This document shows positions 11,011-23,794 of a stretch of DNA of 64,000 nt, piece after piece. The stretch's first letter is position 1, and every line of letters begins with the position of its first letter. The notes under the pieces were generated by a model that was given only the letters and a program-made list of their open reading frames with translations, did not search any database and had not been told where the DNA came from. The stretch is from NCBI GenBank assembly GCA_964016885.1, contig OZ024756.1, forward strand, positions 27,714,001 to 27,778,000, given 5' to 3'. A program made the translations under genes and the position numbers. The stretch comes from Eledone cirrhosa (taxonomy: Eukaryota).

Positions 11011-12788
11011 CAGGAACAGAAATAGATTGAGGAGGTCATAGGATGTGTGAAAACAAGCTTTGACAATTAAAAATAAATGCGACAATGAAACAACCATCAA
11101 ATTATAAGGTAAGCAAAGAAATGAGTATTTACATAACTAACAATGATTTCTAGTATAGGCACAAGGCCAGTAATTGGAGGAGGGGAAAGTTAATTAAATA
11201 GACTCCCAGTACGTTACTGGTGCTTTATTCTATCGACCCCGTAAGGATGAAAGGCAAAGTTAACCTCAGCGGGATTTGAACTCAGACCGCAAAGGGCCGT
11301 AACTCTATGCCGCAAAGCATGCTGTCTGACTCTCTACCGATACTGCCAATCCACCACCCTATTTACATAATTAATAATAAGCTGTAGTGAAACTTACTGG
11401 TACCTGTGTTTTAGTGGCACACATGACCCTCTAAGTCTAAAGTCTGTCTCAATTCCAGAGATTCATCAGGTGGGTGCTTATCCCGGTTTTCGCAGCATTA
11501 AGTGACAGTACAACACTCCTCCCTGCACTGGATGCAGTCCATTGCAGGGTTAAACCCCCTGCTACTGCCTGGTTCTCGTTTTCAAGCTCAGTATACTGGA
11601 GCAGCAGAAAATAAAGTGTTTGACTCAAGAACACAATACACAACCCAGTCAAGGAATCGAACCCATGACATTATGATTGTAGGCCCAAACCCTTACTCTC
11701 GGGTCCCAAATAATGAGACGGTGGAGTGGGCTTGGAAATTCGGTAATTTTACTAGGTTTTTAAAAAACCAGAATTAGTCGTTTAGTTTACATATTGAAAC
11801 CCCCAACCTATTCTATATATTTTAAAACGTATGGGATTTCGAGTAATGTAGAAAATGAATTGTTGCAGGAATGCTACCACTTAAAATAAAATTTCGACGG
11901 AGATAGATTAGCAAAATTTAATAAGAGTAACCCCAAACTATAACAATATATATATAACGAAGGAGTTGTGGTAAGGAACCAGATGGACCATAACGCACCA
12001 GAGTACTCAATACTTAGGGTAGTAGAGTGGGTAATAGGAACAAGTAAGACCCCGACGGCTGAGCTCAAGCCGTTTCGACGGCTAATTCTGTACTGAATGA
12101 AAATTTATTCTGCAAAATACCAGAATAAATTTTCATTCAGTACAGAATTAGCCGTCGAAACGGCTTGAGCTCAGCCGTCGGGGTCTTACTTGTTCCTATA
12201 TATATATATATAACGAAGGAGTTGTGGTAAGGAACCAGATGGACCATAACGCACCAGAGTACTCAATACTTAGGGTAGTAGAGTGGGTAATAGGAGAAGG
12301 TATGACCCCGACTTCAGAGCTCAAGCCGTTTCGACGGCTATTTCTGGACTCCCTCCAGAAATAGCCGTTGAAACGGCTTGAGCTCTGCCGTCAGGGTCAT
12401 ACTTTCTCCTATATATATATAACCCATGCTAGCGTGGAAGATAGACGTTAAATGATGATGATGATATATATATAATACCATAAAGAGAGATGAACACAGG
12501 TATATGCATTCAAATCACAAGGGACAACAATTTGAACGCATTTGTGATGTGATTTGGACGGATATATGTTTATATCTGAGTTCATTTCTTTATAGTATTA
12601 GACTCGGGAAATTTTCTCCTTGAGCTATTTTGTTTATAAGGGACTAATTTGAGTTTTTAACTCTATACTTTTGATATATATATGTGTGTGTGTGTGTAAG
12701 TTTTCCGTAGAAAACGTAAAGGAAAGAAGAGTGCTCCATGTATAGTACAGAGCTATTTAATTACATAATAAATAACACAATATAATTA

Positions 12789-12858
12789 TTCCATTACCAA
12801 AGGTTTCAAGAAACTAGACGGTTCTTACCGAAATGTCCAGCTCGTTCATCAGATGAAA
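12789..12858 (-). ncRNA. Hammerhead ribozyme-like motif (type I)
   Basis: Stem I UUUCAU/AUGGAA; CUGAUGA; stem II GAGCUGGAC/GUCUAGUUUC; GAAA; stem III ACC-UUU-GGU; GUA triplet. Confidence 0.6.
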
Positions 12859-13149
12859 TAGATAACTATTTCATCTGATAAACGAGCTTATATATATATA
12901 TATAAATGAAAGGTATAGAAAATATTGTAGCAAAAAGCCAACCGTATTCTATAATATATAAGTGACTATAGCGTTAAAATGGGGGAAAATAGTTAACGTA
13001 AGATGTGGGGAAAATAATTCAAACTCAACTCAATATATATATATATAATTATTAACGAAGATCGTTGATACTATGTCAACGGTCCTCGGTCAACGTCTAG
13101 TTTTGCTGATTCTCCCAGTAAAATCGAAAAGTTATCTTAACAGGAAATA

Positions 13150-13616
13150 CAAAAGATGGGAAAGAAATCTTAAGCAATGGTTTCGGTGTCATTTTCACCG
13201 ACGGAGATTGCCGGAAGTATATAACTTTTTCTTAAACTAAAGAAAAGAATATGACGATAATAGCAATAAGGAAACGAAAAATAAATTAAGCAACGAAAGA
13301 AAGGGAAAGGAGCAATAATTTTATGGTGGAATTTTATTCAAAAGGAAACAACTTTACCTCAACACCGTCCTCATGCCGTAAGTCTCAGAAATGTTCCGTA
13401 GGGAATCTTTTTAAACCTGAATTTAGGAAATAGCCTTATCAATTCTTCTTAGGCGGTTAGTATATATTCCGTAATTTCTTCTATAAACTAAATAAATACA
13501 TTTAAAAAATATATTTTTAATATAAATTTGCGGGGACTGTCCGTTGTAGTCCGCCTGAACACTGTACACAATAATTTCATGTATTTTTATCCCTCTTCAT
13601 GTTTGACCTTGTGAGT
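13150..13616 (+). promoter_or_regulatory. Probable MTERF4 promoter / non-coding first exon
   Basis: Non-repetitive, relatively CpG-rich region with an ETS-type CCGGAAGT at 13211-13218. A GTGAGT donor at 13611 could splice to the 13952 acceptor. Confidence 0.4.
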
Positions 13617-13969
13617 AAAAACAATTATAAGTTTTTTTTCCCCATTTATTTAAATTGCAAGCATTTAGAAATAAATAAATATTGTCAATTTATGTAAATA
13701 TCACTAGTTAACTAAGTTTTCTATCTATTACTAATTCATGTGTGTTGTTGTTGTATGTATGTGTGTGTGTGTATATACATTTTGCCAGAGATTAATGAGC
13801 CAAATCTAATAAGCGGTGGGGTTTGGAAAAATCCCCAAAATTAATAAGCGCTGGGGGGGGGGGGGGGGGGTTATTATTCGAGACCCGAGAGTATTTAAAG
13901 AAATCATTATTATTATTATTATTATTATTTTTTTTTTTTGTGTGTTTTGCAGGTATTTGAAAGTATGGT

Positions 13970-15076
13970 ATGATTGTGAAGATGCGGTTAAATAAATTTC
14001 CTAAATTTTTCTGTGACTTGAGAAATATCAGTATGTTATCTTCCCAGTCTTTGTGCAAAATATTACAGAAGCCATATATTTGCTGTCACAGTCCACAGTT
14101 TAAAAGCAGAAACAAATTCCTAACCTCACTTTCATTATATTCAACTTTCCCAGTTCTTTCCACATCTGTTTTCTGCTATTACCAGCCAAAAAGACATCAT
14201 GTCAGCCAGGCCACTCACCACTACAATACATCAGAAGTTGCAGTTAGTATTAAGAAGAAAGCAACACTTATTGATAAGATGGTGGCGTCAATCCCAGATA
14301 AAACTGTCTGCAATTATATCACTGTACTTACTGACCTCAACATGTCGCTGGATGAAATAGAAATATTCTTGGGAAATAATCCGGAATTGTTGAGGATTCC
14401 CGTACGGAATTGGCAGAGTGTACTTTACACACTAAATAATTATGGTATCAAGAAAAAGACATTACTTAAAACTTTAAGTAACTACCCTCTTATCCTTGGA
14501 CAGAAACCAAAGCAGTTAACCAGTGTATTTGATAGTTTGCGTACTCTGAAAATCTCTGACAACAGTTTAAGGCAAATAATTAGTCAAAGTCCCGAAATAC
14601 TGTCTTTTGAATCACATCTTTTAGTGAAGAGAGCAAGAGAACTACAAACTTTGTTTAAAATGGATGATGTCGTGTTCCTTATACGGAAAACACCAGCCAT
14701 TCTCATTGAAGACAGGCAAACAGTTCTGAAGAAATTCAATTATGTTTTTGCTGCAATGGGTATCACACAGCCACAAATGAGATATTCTGATCTCTTTTCT
14801 CATTCCTTTGATCATATCAGAACTCGACATCTCTGGGTCTCCAGAACTGGCTTTTTCAAGATAAGCAAACATAAAGAGGACAAACAGTTGAACCCCCGCC
14901 TAGATAAAATTTTAGATTTATCTGATAAAGCATTTGCTAAGAAATTTGGGAATATGTCTGAAAAGGAGTACCAAACATTTGCCAAATTGCTTCAACAGGA
15001 AATTGATGATGATGATTACGACAGTGATGATGATTACAACAGTGATGATGATGATAATGATGATGGTAGTGATTAG
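13970..15076 (+). CDS. MTERF4: Mitochondrial transcription termination factor family protein, MTERF4-like (368 aa, single coding exon)
   Basis: Basic/hydrophobic N-terminus (targeting-peptide-like) and mTERF repeats (NNPELL, NYPLIL, QSPEIL, KTPAIL). The C-terminus FNYVFAAMGI...IRTRHLWVSRTG...NPRLDKIL...EYQTFAKLL plus an acidic tail matches the MTERF4 layout. Acceptor TTGCAG ends at 13952; AATAAA lies near 15110-15120. Confidence 0.85.
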   Translation: MIVKMRLNKFPKFFCDLRNISMLSSQSLCKILQKPYICCHSPQFKSRNKFLTSLSLYSTFPVLSTSVFCYYQPKRHHVSQATHHYNTSEVAVSIKKKATLIDKMVASIPDKTVCNYITVLTDLNMSLDEIEIFLGNNPELLRIPVRNWQSVLYTLNNYGIKKKTLLKTLSNYPLILGQKPKQLTSVFDSLRTLKISDNSLRQIISQSPEILSFESHLLVKRARELQTLFKMDDVVFLIRKTPAILIEDRQTVLKKFNYVFAAMGITQPQMRYSDLFSHSFDHIRTRHLWVSRTGFFKISKHKEDKQLNPRLDKILDLSDKAFAKKFGNMSEKEYQTFAKLLQQEIDDDDYDSDDDYNSDDDDNDDGSD

Positions 15077-15489
15077 CATTATCACCTTAGCAACAATTAT
15101 GATAATATTAATAAATAAAATTCCATAATTATTTTGAATAAACTATTTTAGTGTTTATGTTTTGATCTGAGTAATTAACCACAGTGATATGTTCTTTTTT
15201 AAATGTGTTAATTTCCACATCTACACTTGTACAGGGAAGTTTTGCTGAAATGGTTTAATAAGACTGGAATATGTTCCATGTTGTCTTTCATATTTACATG
15301 AATAATACATTTTTTTTTTTTGTACTTGTTATGTTTGGAGGAAAATGGCGAGATTGATAATTCACTTAGCTGTAATTCAATTATTCCAGACTACCAATAT
15401 TCTGGACACAAAGGAGCCAGGATTGGCAGATCAGTTTCATTAGTACTAGCACAAAACTAATAATGTTAGCTTCAGCATTCGTTCATCAG

Positions 15490-15975
15490 AAAAAGGGAGG
15501 CAGGGATAAAAACCAAACTTAGTATCATCAATTTGGTGTTCGTGCCTAACCTTACCGAAGGTTCTGAATGTTGGGTAATGACTGAAAGAATATGATTGTG
15601 AATACATGGGGTTCTTCCAAAGGGTTTTTGGAGTAACGTTACTTGATAGAGTGCGTAGCTTGGAGATCAGAGAGTCACTCCAGGTAGAGCCGCTACTTCT
15701 CTGAATTGAGAGATCACAGCTCCAATACTATGAGCATGTGGTTAAATGTCTCAAGAAAGAATCACTGGACAGATTTTATGGGCAAAACAAACCAGCAAGA
15801 TACCAAGGGGTAGACCCCAAATAAGATGGTTGGATAATATCCATGAACTTGGCTGGTCTCACTTGGGGATCCAGCCGGATCTGTTGGAGACAGTTGCTTC
15901 TGACAGGACCCGCTGGAAGGAGTGTTTGAAGACTCTGCCCCCACAACCCTCTCAGGAATAAGTAGGCGAAGAAGA
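15490..15975 (+). mobile_element. Decayed RTE/Expander-like LINE 3' fragment
   Basis: MSQERITGQILWA...PRGRPQIRWLDNI...DRTRWK, with stops upstream; a related fragment lies at ~35400-35580. Confidence 0.75.
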
Positions 15976-17380
15976 ATAAGAGGGCATGCCAACTCCTAGA
16001 ACAGAAAAAAAATGGGTATCCATTCTAGGGGCTTCTGAGTTCAAATTGCGCCGAGGTTAAGTGTGTCTTTCATCCTTATGGGGTCGATAAAATAAAGTAC
16101 CAGTTATGCACTGGGATAATTGCTGGCCTTGTGCCAAAAGTAGAAATAACTATTAAATTATCTTCTGTAATCAAAAAACATAGTAAAGTTACTAATTCAT
16201 TTCTATATTCACATTTCACCACCATCTACTCGCAAGATAATAAATGTCTATTATTCTCTTGTACAATGAGCAAGAAGGGCTAGGTGTAGTCATTGGTGTG
16301 GGGTGTAGTGGAGTGGGATACAACCCGGGGTGTGACGAGTGAGTCAGGTGAGATTGAAAAAAATGTACTGTTTTGGGAGCACATTGTTTGAGGGCAATGT
16401 AAAAGACATTACCAGAGCTGGTAACCTTGGTGAACTAAGTTAGAAATAATATAAAACAATGTGGAAAGTGATATATGTAAGAAGGCTAAAACAATGCAAG
16501 ATGGATGGTAAGATGAAGGCAATAAAAAAGTTAGTTACCTGGTAATCTTTCCACATTTTATATTACTAGAAAGCAGTGGATTGGCAGTATCGGTAGAGGG
16601 TCAGACGCCATGCTTTGCAGCATAGAGTTACGGCCTTTTATGATCTGAGTTCAAATCCTGCCGAGGTTAACTTTGCCTTTCATCCTTACGGGGTCCATAA
16701 AATATAATACCAGTCACGCACTGGGGTCGATTTAATTGACTTTCCCCTCTCCCGAAATTGCTGTCCTTGTGCCTATATAAGAAACCATTATTATAGAACA
16801 TGTTTATAAGTGAAATACTAAACCACAATTGGAAGAAGAGGAGGTGGAGAATATTGTGCCAGCTATCAGTGGTTGCTGATAATAAATGCTAATGGATTTT
16901 TTTTAATAACTTCACAGAATCTACAAAATGTATAATTCATTATTGTTACTGCTGATGTTATTTAGCCCCAAGCCTCGGTCAACCAAGATGACATAAATTT
17001 ATGACAAAAGACATTCTATTCATGGCTACCTTATCTCTTGTTTTCATATATACTATATCCTGTCATCATGATCCTACTTTTTTTTTTTTTTTTTAAATAA
17101 AAACCCCCAGAAAGCTGTGTATTCTGGAGTAAAATTTGGCTGTTATTTCTAACAGGTCAAAGTTGTAACTGTTGTTGTTGTAGTAATAGTAGTTGTAGTA
17201 GTTGTAATAGTTGTGGTAGTAGTAGTAGTTGTGTTTCACAAAATGAACACTACCTTGCAATACCATGTGACTAATTATAATTTGAGTTCAACTTAACGAG
17301 GGTGACTTTCAATAATTAGGTAGGGGGCACGGTCTAGCCGAAGATATTATTAAACTCTAGCTTATCTCTTGAGGAGGAGC

Positions 17381-17396
17381 ATGGCTAGTAAACCAA
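17381..17396 (+). CDS. NIT2: Omega-amidase NIT2, exon 1
   Basis: AGCATGG start context; ATG GCT AGT AAA CCA A followed by GTAAGT. The phase-1 join gives MASKPKLRLALIQL. Confidence 0.75.
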
Positions 17397-18921
17397 GTAA
17401 GTATAACAAGTTTTATATTTTTCTAGGAGCCTACGAGAGACGTTTTGTGTGTGTGTGTATATTTATATATATAGTAATAATAAATGTGAAGACTAAATCG
17501 ATAAGGATTATATATATATATATATATATATAAAAATCCGTAGAGCAGATATTTATTATATTTACAGATTAAAGTTTAAGCAAAGAACCACTGCTTTGAC
17601 CCTTTTATGGGATCTGAAACTCAGAGTCATTAGAATGTCGGAAAGAATGCTTTATGGCATTCGTCCCAGCTCTCTGAGTTCAAATCCCGCCGAGTTCAAC
17701 TTTGCCTTTCATCCTTTCAAGGTCAATAAAAAAAGTACCAGTTTAGTACTGGTGTTGATTCTTCCTCTCTAGAAGAAATATGCTGTACTCAGGCCTGAGA
17801 GGGTTGGGCTCCACCAGGCTTAAAATGGCCAAGAAACGCTGTATGTCAATACACCACCCCTACGACTCTATCTGGAGTTACAGGGACCTTCTGTTGAATT
17901 ATACTTTTTAAGTTTGAACCAGCTCAAGGCTATGGTAAAGACACTTCACAAAGAGGCTGAATGTGAGACCCCCATGATTTCAAATTGATTTTTAAAACCC
18001 CTCAGTTATGCCTGTACGTAAGTATTACCTTAAATTAACAAATTAAGGGTTGGTTTCAGGAAGGTCATTAAGCTATAGAACACTGCTTCAGAAAAAGTGT
18101 TGTGAAACCCACCACAGTATGGAAAATAGAAGGGAAAATACCAATTATATATGTATATACAGGGTGTCCCCCCAAAACGCATACACACTTTGATTAGAAT
18201 GCTGTTGAAGTGTGTATAGATTTTTTTGGGGGGCATCCTGTGTGTGTATATATATATGTGTGTGTGTGTGTATATATATGTATGTGTGTATATATATGTG
18301 TGTGCGTATATATAAATATATATATACATATATATGTAACCATTCGAAAAAAAATATATATATAAAGAGAGGAAGAGCCATTTATCGAATATATACAATA
18401 TACTGTGTTTCTTATTCAATATATGGCTCTTTCTCTATATATACATATATCTTTTACATTTGGTTATTATGGCTCTAGATAATGTCTATTGAGAAACACA
18501 AAATTCTAAACATATTTAATGTTTTGATTCATTATTTGTATATATATATGATCTGAGTTCAAATCCCGCTGAGGTTAACTTTGCCTTTCATCCTTCCGGG
18601 GTCGATAGAATAAAGTACCAGTAATGCACTGGGTAATTGCTGGCCTTGTGCCAAAAGTAGAAACAATTATTTGTATATATATATATATCATCATCATTAT
18701 CCTCATCATTGTTTAACGCTAGCATGGGTTAGACGGGAATTGTCCCACTTGAGCCAAGATTGGTCGGGTGACCGCGTCTCGTTCGTATAGGACTATCTGG
18801 CAGGTTTTCTATGGCTGGATGCTCTTCCTAACACCAACCACATTTGCAGTGTGGACTGGGAGCTTTTTACCATGTTACCTACACGGCCACATTACAGCGT
18901 GGACTGTGTGTTTTTTTTTAT

Positions 18922-19445
18922 ATATTGTTATACTTTGGGAGGGTCATGCTGCCAATAAAAACACATGCACCTGTTGGTTTTCACTTCAATTTATTATAAA
19001 TTTCTGGTTGGTTCGAAAACTGGAACTTTGTTTATATATTGTCAAAGCTCTTTCGTCACACATTTTGTGACCTCAGTGAATGGGTTTTTTTAATTTTGTG
19101 TCTCTCCTTTGTTCTGTCTTACACTATCTTGTTTTTGTGTGCTTTGCATTCACAATGCACAATGCACAAAATAGTGTAGGACAGAACAACGGAGAGACAC
19201 AAAATTAAAAAAAACATTCACTGAGGAGGTCACAGAATGTGTGACGAAAGGGCTTTGACAATATATAAAGAACCATCTTATTTTCGAACCAACCAACCAG
19301 CCGGAAATTTATAACAAATTGAAATAAAACCAACAGGTGCATGTGTTATTATTGGCAGCATGACCCTCCCAAAATATAACAAAATGTGTTTCAACACACG
19401 TTTTCAGATAAGAAATCTTGCAAAACAAGTTAAAAAACGAAGTAT
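18922..19445. mobile_element. Inverted (foldback) copy of the Penelope-like 3' region
   Basis: Homologous to ~37020-37335, with ~200-nt inverted arms; flanked by TA repeats. Confidence 0.75.
19217..19259 (+). ncRNA. Hammerhead motif of the Penelope-like family
   Basis: UUCA CUGAGGA G GUCACA gaaug UGUGAC GAAAG gg CUU UGAC; homologous to 37072-37114. Confidence 0.5.
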
Positions 19446-19717
19446 ATATATATATATGTATCCAGGGTGTGTAACGTGGAGTTACTGTAGGTTCACCCAG
19501 GTAAGCACTCGATGTTTAGGTTCAAGTCAGTAGCGAGGTGTAGAGCTAGACAGAGTGTAATATAATAAGACAAGGACGATTGGTTAATCCTTCATTATGT
19601 TTGATTGGTGACACGCGTTTCCAGATCGATACAGATCGAACCTTGAGCTGATCAATAGCGAAACGCGCGTCACCAATCAATAAACGTAATGAAAGCTTAA
19701 CAAATCGTCTTTGTATT

Positions 19718-19752
<35 letters not shown>

Positions 19753-20846
19753 AAATGTGTGAGATCCTTGGTACAGTTAGGTATATTTGAAAAAAAGGAA
19801 AAGAATGACTTCACTTGTAGTTCTAAACAAATTGATTTAATTTTATAATATATCAACATTTAGTGGATGAATTAAACTGTAAATATATGAACACACACAC
19901 ACACATATATATATATAATTGGTATCTTTTGTTCCGCGAATGAACATAAATAAATAATATAATATATATATATGTGTGTGTATTATAGTATATTATTTAT
20001 TTATGCTCATTCGCGGAACGAAAGATACCAATTATATATATATGTGTGTGTGTGTGTGTTCACATATTTACAATTTAATTCATCCATTAAATGTTGATAT
20101 ATCTATCCCGAAACATTAGAACCAGAAAGTAGTTCAAAATCACTTCGAAGTAACAATATATCTAAGCATCTCAATCACAACAGCCCAGCCTTAATATGTT
20201 TGCTCGACATGCTAGAAATAGATAATAAATTACATATTATCACCTTCAAAAATAGAGCTCACATCGGACAATATTAAGAAGGAATGAGAAATACAAAAGT
20301 GAGTTAACCACTAGGGGAGGTAACTCCCAATTGTTGTTTTTTTTTAATCTTTAACTACAATAATTCTATATGTAGAAAATAAATATGAAATAGTCGTGGA
20401 TTTAACACCTTTAGTTTTAGGTTTCCTCGACCAGAATTAAATAGTAAGACTAAAATCTAGTGTTAGTTATCCCTCAATATTTACTTTTAATTCCGTACAA
20501 GGTTGTTCTTATTCGTTCCAACTTGTTTTTTATAACATCCGCAAGTTCATTACAAATTTATCGTCTACTGCGAAACACATGTCCAGTACGTTTTGGTTTG
20601 AAAATTTTTATATTGTCATTTTAAATATTTGTTTTGATAATTTATAATACAAATTTACTCTCTCGTATCACAATAATAAGCTAACACATTTCGTATATAT
20701 TCAAACAATGCAATGTTTTCTTGGTTATGTATATGTTATATATATATATTGGCCGCATGACCCTCCCAAAGTATAACAATATATATATATACAAAGTTTT
20801 GGTACCCTTGAATATCCCTTTTGCTAAAACAATCTCTATACCTCTC

Positions 20847-20892
<46 letters not shown>

Positions 20893-20939
20893 ATATATAA
20901 AGTGACACTAAGAATTGCAGCTTTTTGTAAACTTTATTA

Positions 20940-21026
20940 CATATTACAATTTGTTTCCATATCGATCAGCTCGGGTTTGATCACGTAATTGGATCCAGAC
21001 TCTTAATCGACACTTCTTCAGATATG
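20940..21026 (-). ncRNA. Hammerhead ribozyme-like motif (type I)
   Basis: Stem I CAUAU/AUAUG; CUGAAGA; 10-bp stem II GUGUCGAUUA/UGAUCGAUAU; GAAAC-AAAUU-GUA. Confidence 0.6.
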
Positions 21027-22452
21027 AGAGTTTACATGGGTGGTCCCATATATATATATATATATATATATATCATCACCCAGAAACGATGGTAAAGCAG
21101 TGAAGTATATTTCTAATGACTTGATTTTTTATTTCATTGTTTTAACTTATATATATATATATATACACACACACATATATAAATATGTTTATAAACCAGC
21201 CAGTGTTGTTTCCCCTAATGACTATTATTCGTGTTTATATCTTTAGCTATTTTTATTTCCACCTTTATCAATGTTTTTACTGCCTTTGTCGTATTTTATA
21301 TTTCTGAAATCAACCTCTTATACTCTATATATCTGAGTTCAAATCCTGCCAAAGTTAACTTTGCCTTTCATCCTTACGGGATCGATAAAATAAAGTACCA
21401 GTAATGCACTGAGGTAATTGCTGGCCATGTGCTAAAAGTAAAAACAATTTTTTTTTTTTTTAATGAGGGCAGTGGTTTGGTAGTATCGGTAGAGCGTTGG
21501 ACAACGTTTTACGGCATATTGTTACGTCCCTTTACGGTCTGAGTTCAAATCCCGCAGAGGTTAGCTTTGCCTTTCATCCTTACGAGTTCGATAAAATAAA
21601 GCACCAGTAATGCACTGGGGGTAATTGCTGTCCTTGTGCCAAAAGTAGAAACAATTATTAAACTTCAGGGCTATCATTGATAATATATCTCCTTATCTGA
21701 TTCAACGGCTGGCTTCTTTACGTATATAAATTATGGTGCATGGCAGAACTGCAGTTTACTCTCGCTCTGGTCATATATTATGGTGCATTCTATTTGCGAG
21801 GCTCCTAGCAATTGTTAATAGTATTTATTATATGGCTCTTTACGTTCTAAGTTCAAATCCTGCTGGGGCTAGTTTTACCTTTAATCCTTACGGGGTCAAT
21901 AAAATAAAGCACCAGTAATGCACTGGGATCGATTTTATCGACTTTTCCCTCTCACCTAATTGTTGGCCTCGTGCCTATAGGAGAGGTCATTATATGCCCT
22001 TTATGTTTTGAGTTCGAATCCCACCGAGGTTAGTTTTGCTTTTCATCCTTTCGGGGTCGATAAAATAAAGCACCAGTAATGTACTGGGGTCAATTTAATC
22101 AACTTTCACCTCTCCTTCAAATTGCTGGCCTTGTGCCAAATGTAGAAACAATTATGTGTGTTTATATTTGTGTTTATATTTTCATTCTGAGAATTGTGAG
22201 GAGGATCTTCAGAGGTGCTTTTTGTTGTGGTACCAGCACAACCATCTTTCAAGGTGGACTGGGTGTTTTTGTTGTGGCATCAGTATGATCACCTTATAAG
22301 GTGAACTGGGTGCTTTTTGTTGTGGCATCAGTCCAACCATCTTACATGGTAGACTGGATGCTGTTTTGTCATAGCACCTGTATGACAACCTTACACACAT
22401 ACACACACACATATATATATATATAGAAGTAGTTCTACAACATTAAACCATT

Positions 22453-22494
22453 TCCAAGGACAATTTGTTTCACCTTAACGGATCATCAGCTCGG

Positions 22495-22495
<1 letters not shown>
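22453..22495 (-). ncRNA. Minimal hammerhead ribozyme-like motif (type I)
   Basis: Stem I UCCGAG/CUUGGA; CUGAUGA; short stem II uCC-guuaa-GGu; GAAAC-AAAUU-GUC. Confidence 0.6.
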
Positions 22496-22529
<34 letters not shown>

Positions 22530-22612
22530 ATCTTTCTATCAGCCCTTATATCTATCTATCTTACACTTCTCTATCTCCCCATCTTGCTATTGTTTCTGTT
22601 TTTATTACCCAG

Positions 22613-22728
22613 AGTTACGACTTGCCCTCATTCAACTGGCTGTTACTGCCTCAAAGGAAGAGAACCTACGCAATGCTTCCATTAAAATTGCTGAAGCAGC
22701 CAAAAGAGCCGATATTGTAGCCCTACCT
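22613..22728 (+). CDS. NIT2: Omega-amidase NIT2, exon 2
   Basis: CCCAG acceptor; LRLALIQLAVTASKEENLRNASIKIAEAAKRADIVALP; GTAAGT donor. Confidence 0.92.
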
Positions 22729-22799
22729 GTAAGTAAAAGTTATGTTTTGGTTTGGGAAAATCAGAGATCTATTAAGAGAACATTTTGCTTATTGATCGT

Positions 22800-22950
22800 T
22801 CTAGAACAATCTTGAGTCAAAGAATTTTGTAGACCAATGTTGAGTCAGAGAACTTTCTAGACCTATCTTGAGTCAAAGTACTTTCTTGACCAATCTTGAG
22901 TCAGAGAACTTTCTTGACCAATCTTGAATCAGAGGACTTTCTAGACCATA
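22800..22950. repeat. 28-bp minisatellite (~5 copies)
   Basis: TAGACCAATCTTGAGTCAGAGAACTTTC-like units. Confidence 0.8.
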
Positions 22951-23673
22951 TATGTATGTAGGCCCCACTTCGGTCAGGAATGACCATGGTTTTGCATCCA
23001 GAAAGTTCCCCTCTGAGGCACAAGCCTGGGCAAGGTGTGTTTTGTGGAAGATCAGCAGTCACTCATGAATACCAGTCTCCCCTTCTCTAAGCCACTGATG
23101 TTATCCAAGGAAAAGACAAAGGCTGATACAGCCTAGTACCAGTGACATCGTAACTCATTTCTACAGCTGAGTAAACTGGAGCAACATGAAATAAAGTATT
23201 TTGTTCAAAAATGCAATGCACCACACTGTCTGGGATTTGAATTCACAACTTCACAATTGCAAACCCAACCCTCTAACTACAGAGCCATGCACCTTCTCTA
23301 CTTTCTAGACCAAACTACAAGAAAATAAAATGAACACAAAATTGTTCACTTGAAATCTTTACAAACTGCTAACTGACTACAGTTCTACTGGGGCTTTCCT
23401 ATTTCACATGTTTTGTCTTCTCTCATCACCCATACCATGTTCAATCTCTAAACACAGGGCCAGCCATTCCTCCAAAATTCTCCTCCATGCCCATTGCAAA
23501 TACATCATCATTATCATCACTACTGCCACCACTGTCACCGACAACACCAAAGCAACACCGACAACAACACCAACAACACTCACAATACCAACACAACCGA
23601 CAGCAACACCAACACAACCGACAACACCAACAACATTTTTGTATAGTCTAACTTGCTTTTGTTCTACTACTAG

Positions 23674-23794
23674 GAATGTTTCAATTCCCCATATGGTACC
23701 GGTTACTTCAAAGAATACTCCGAGGAAATCCCTGGAACTTCAACTGAAATCCTTAGTAAAGCCGCAAAAGAAAATAAAGTATTTTTAATTGGAG
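23674..23794 (+). CDS. NIT2: Omega-amidase NIT2, exon 3
   Basis: [40 protein letters not shown], with the catalytic Glu of PECFNSPY; TAG acceptor, GTTTGT donor. Confidence 0.95.

Noticed and set aside
10575-11066. 163-aa Cys/His repeat ORF resembling zinc fingers
   Set aside because: It is the translation of the 48-bp SINE-derived minisatellite.
22960-23150. Possible HDV-like ribozyme or LINE 5'UTR (also 49010-49230)
   Set aside because: I could not assign the nested pseudoknot pairings by eye; an RNAMotif/Infernal search is needed.
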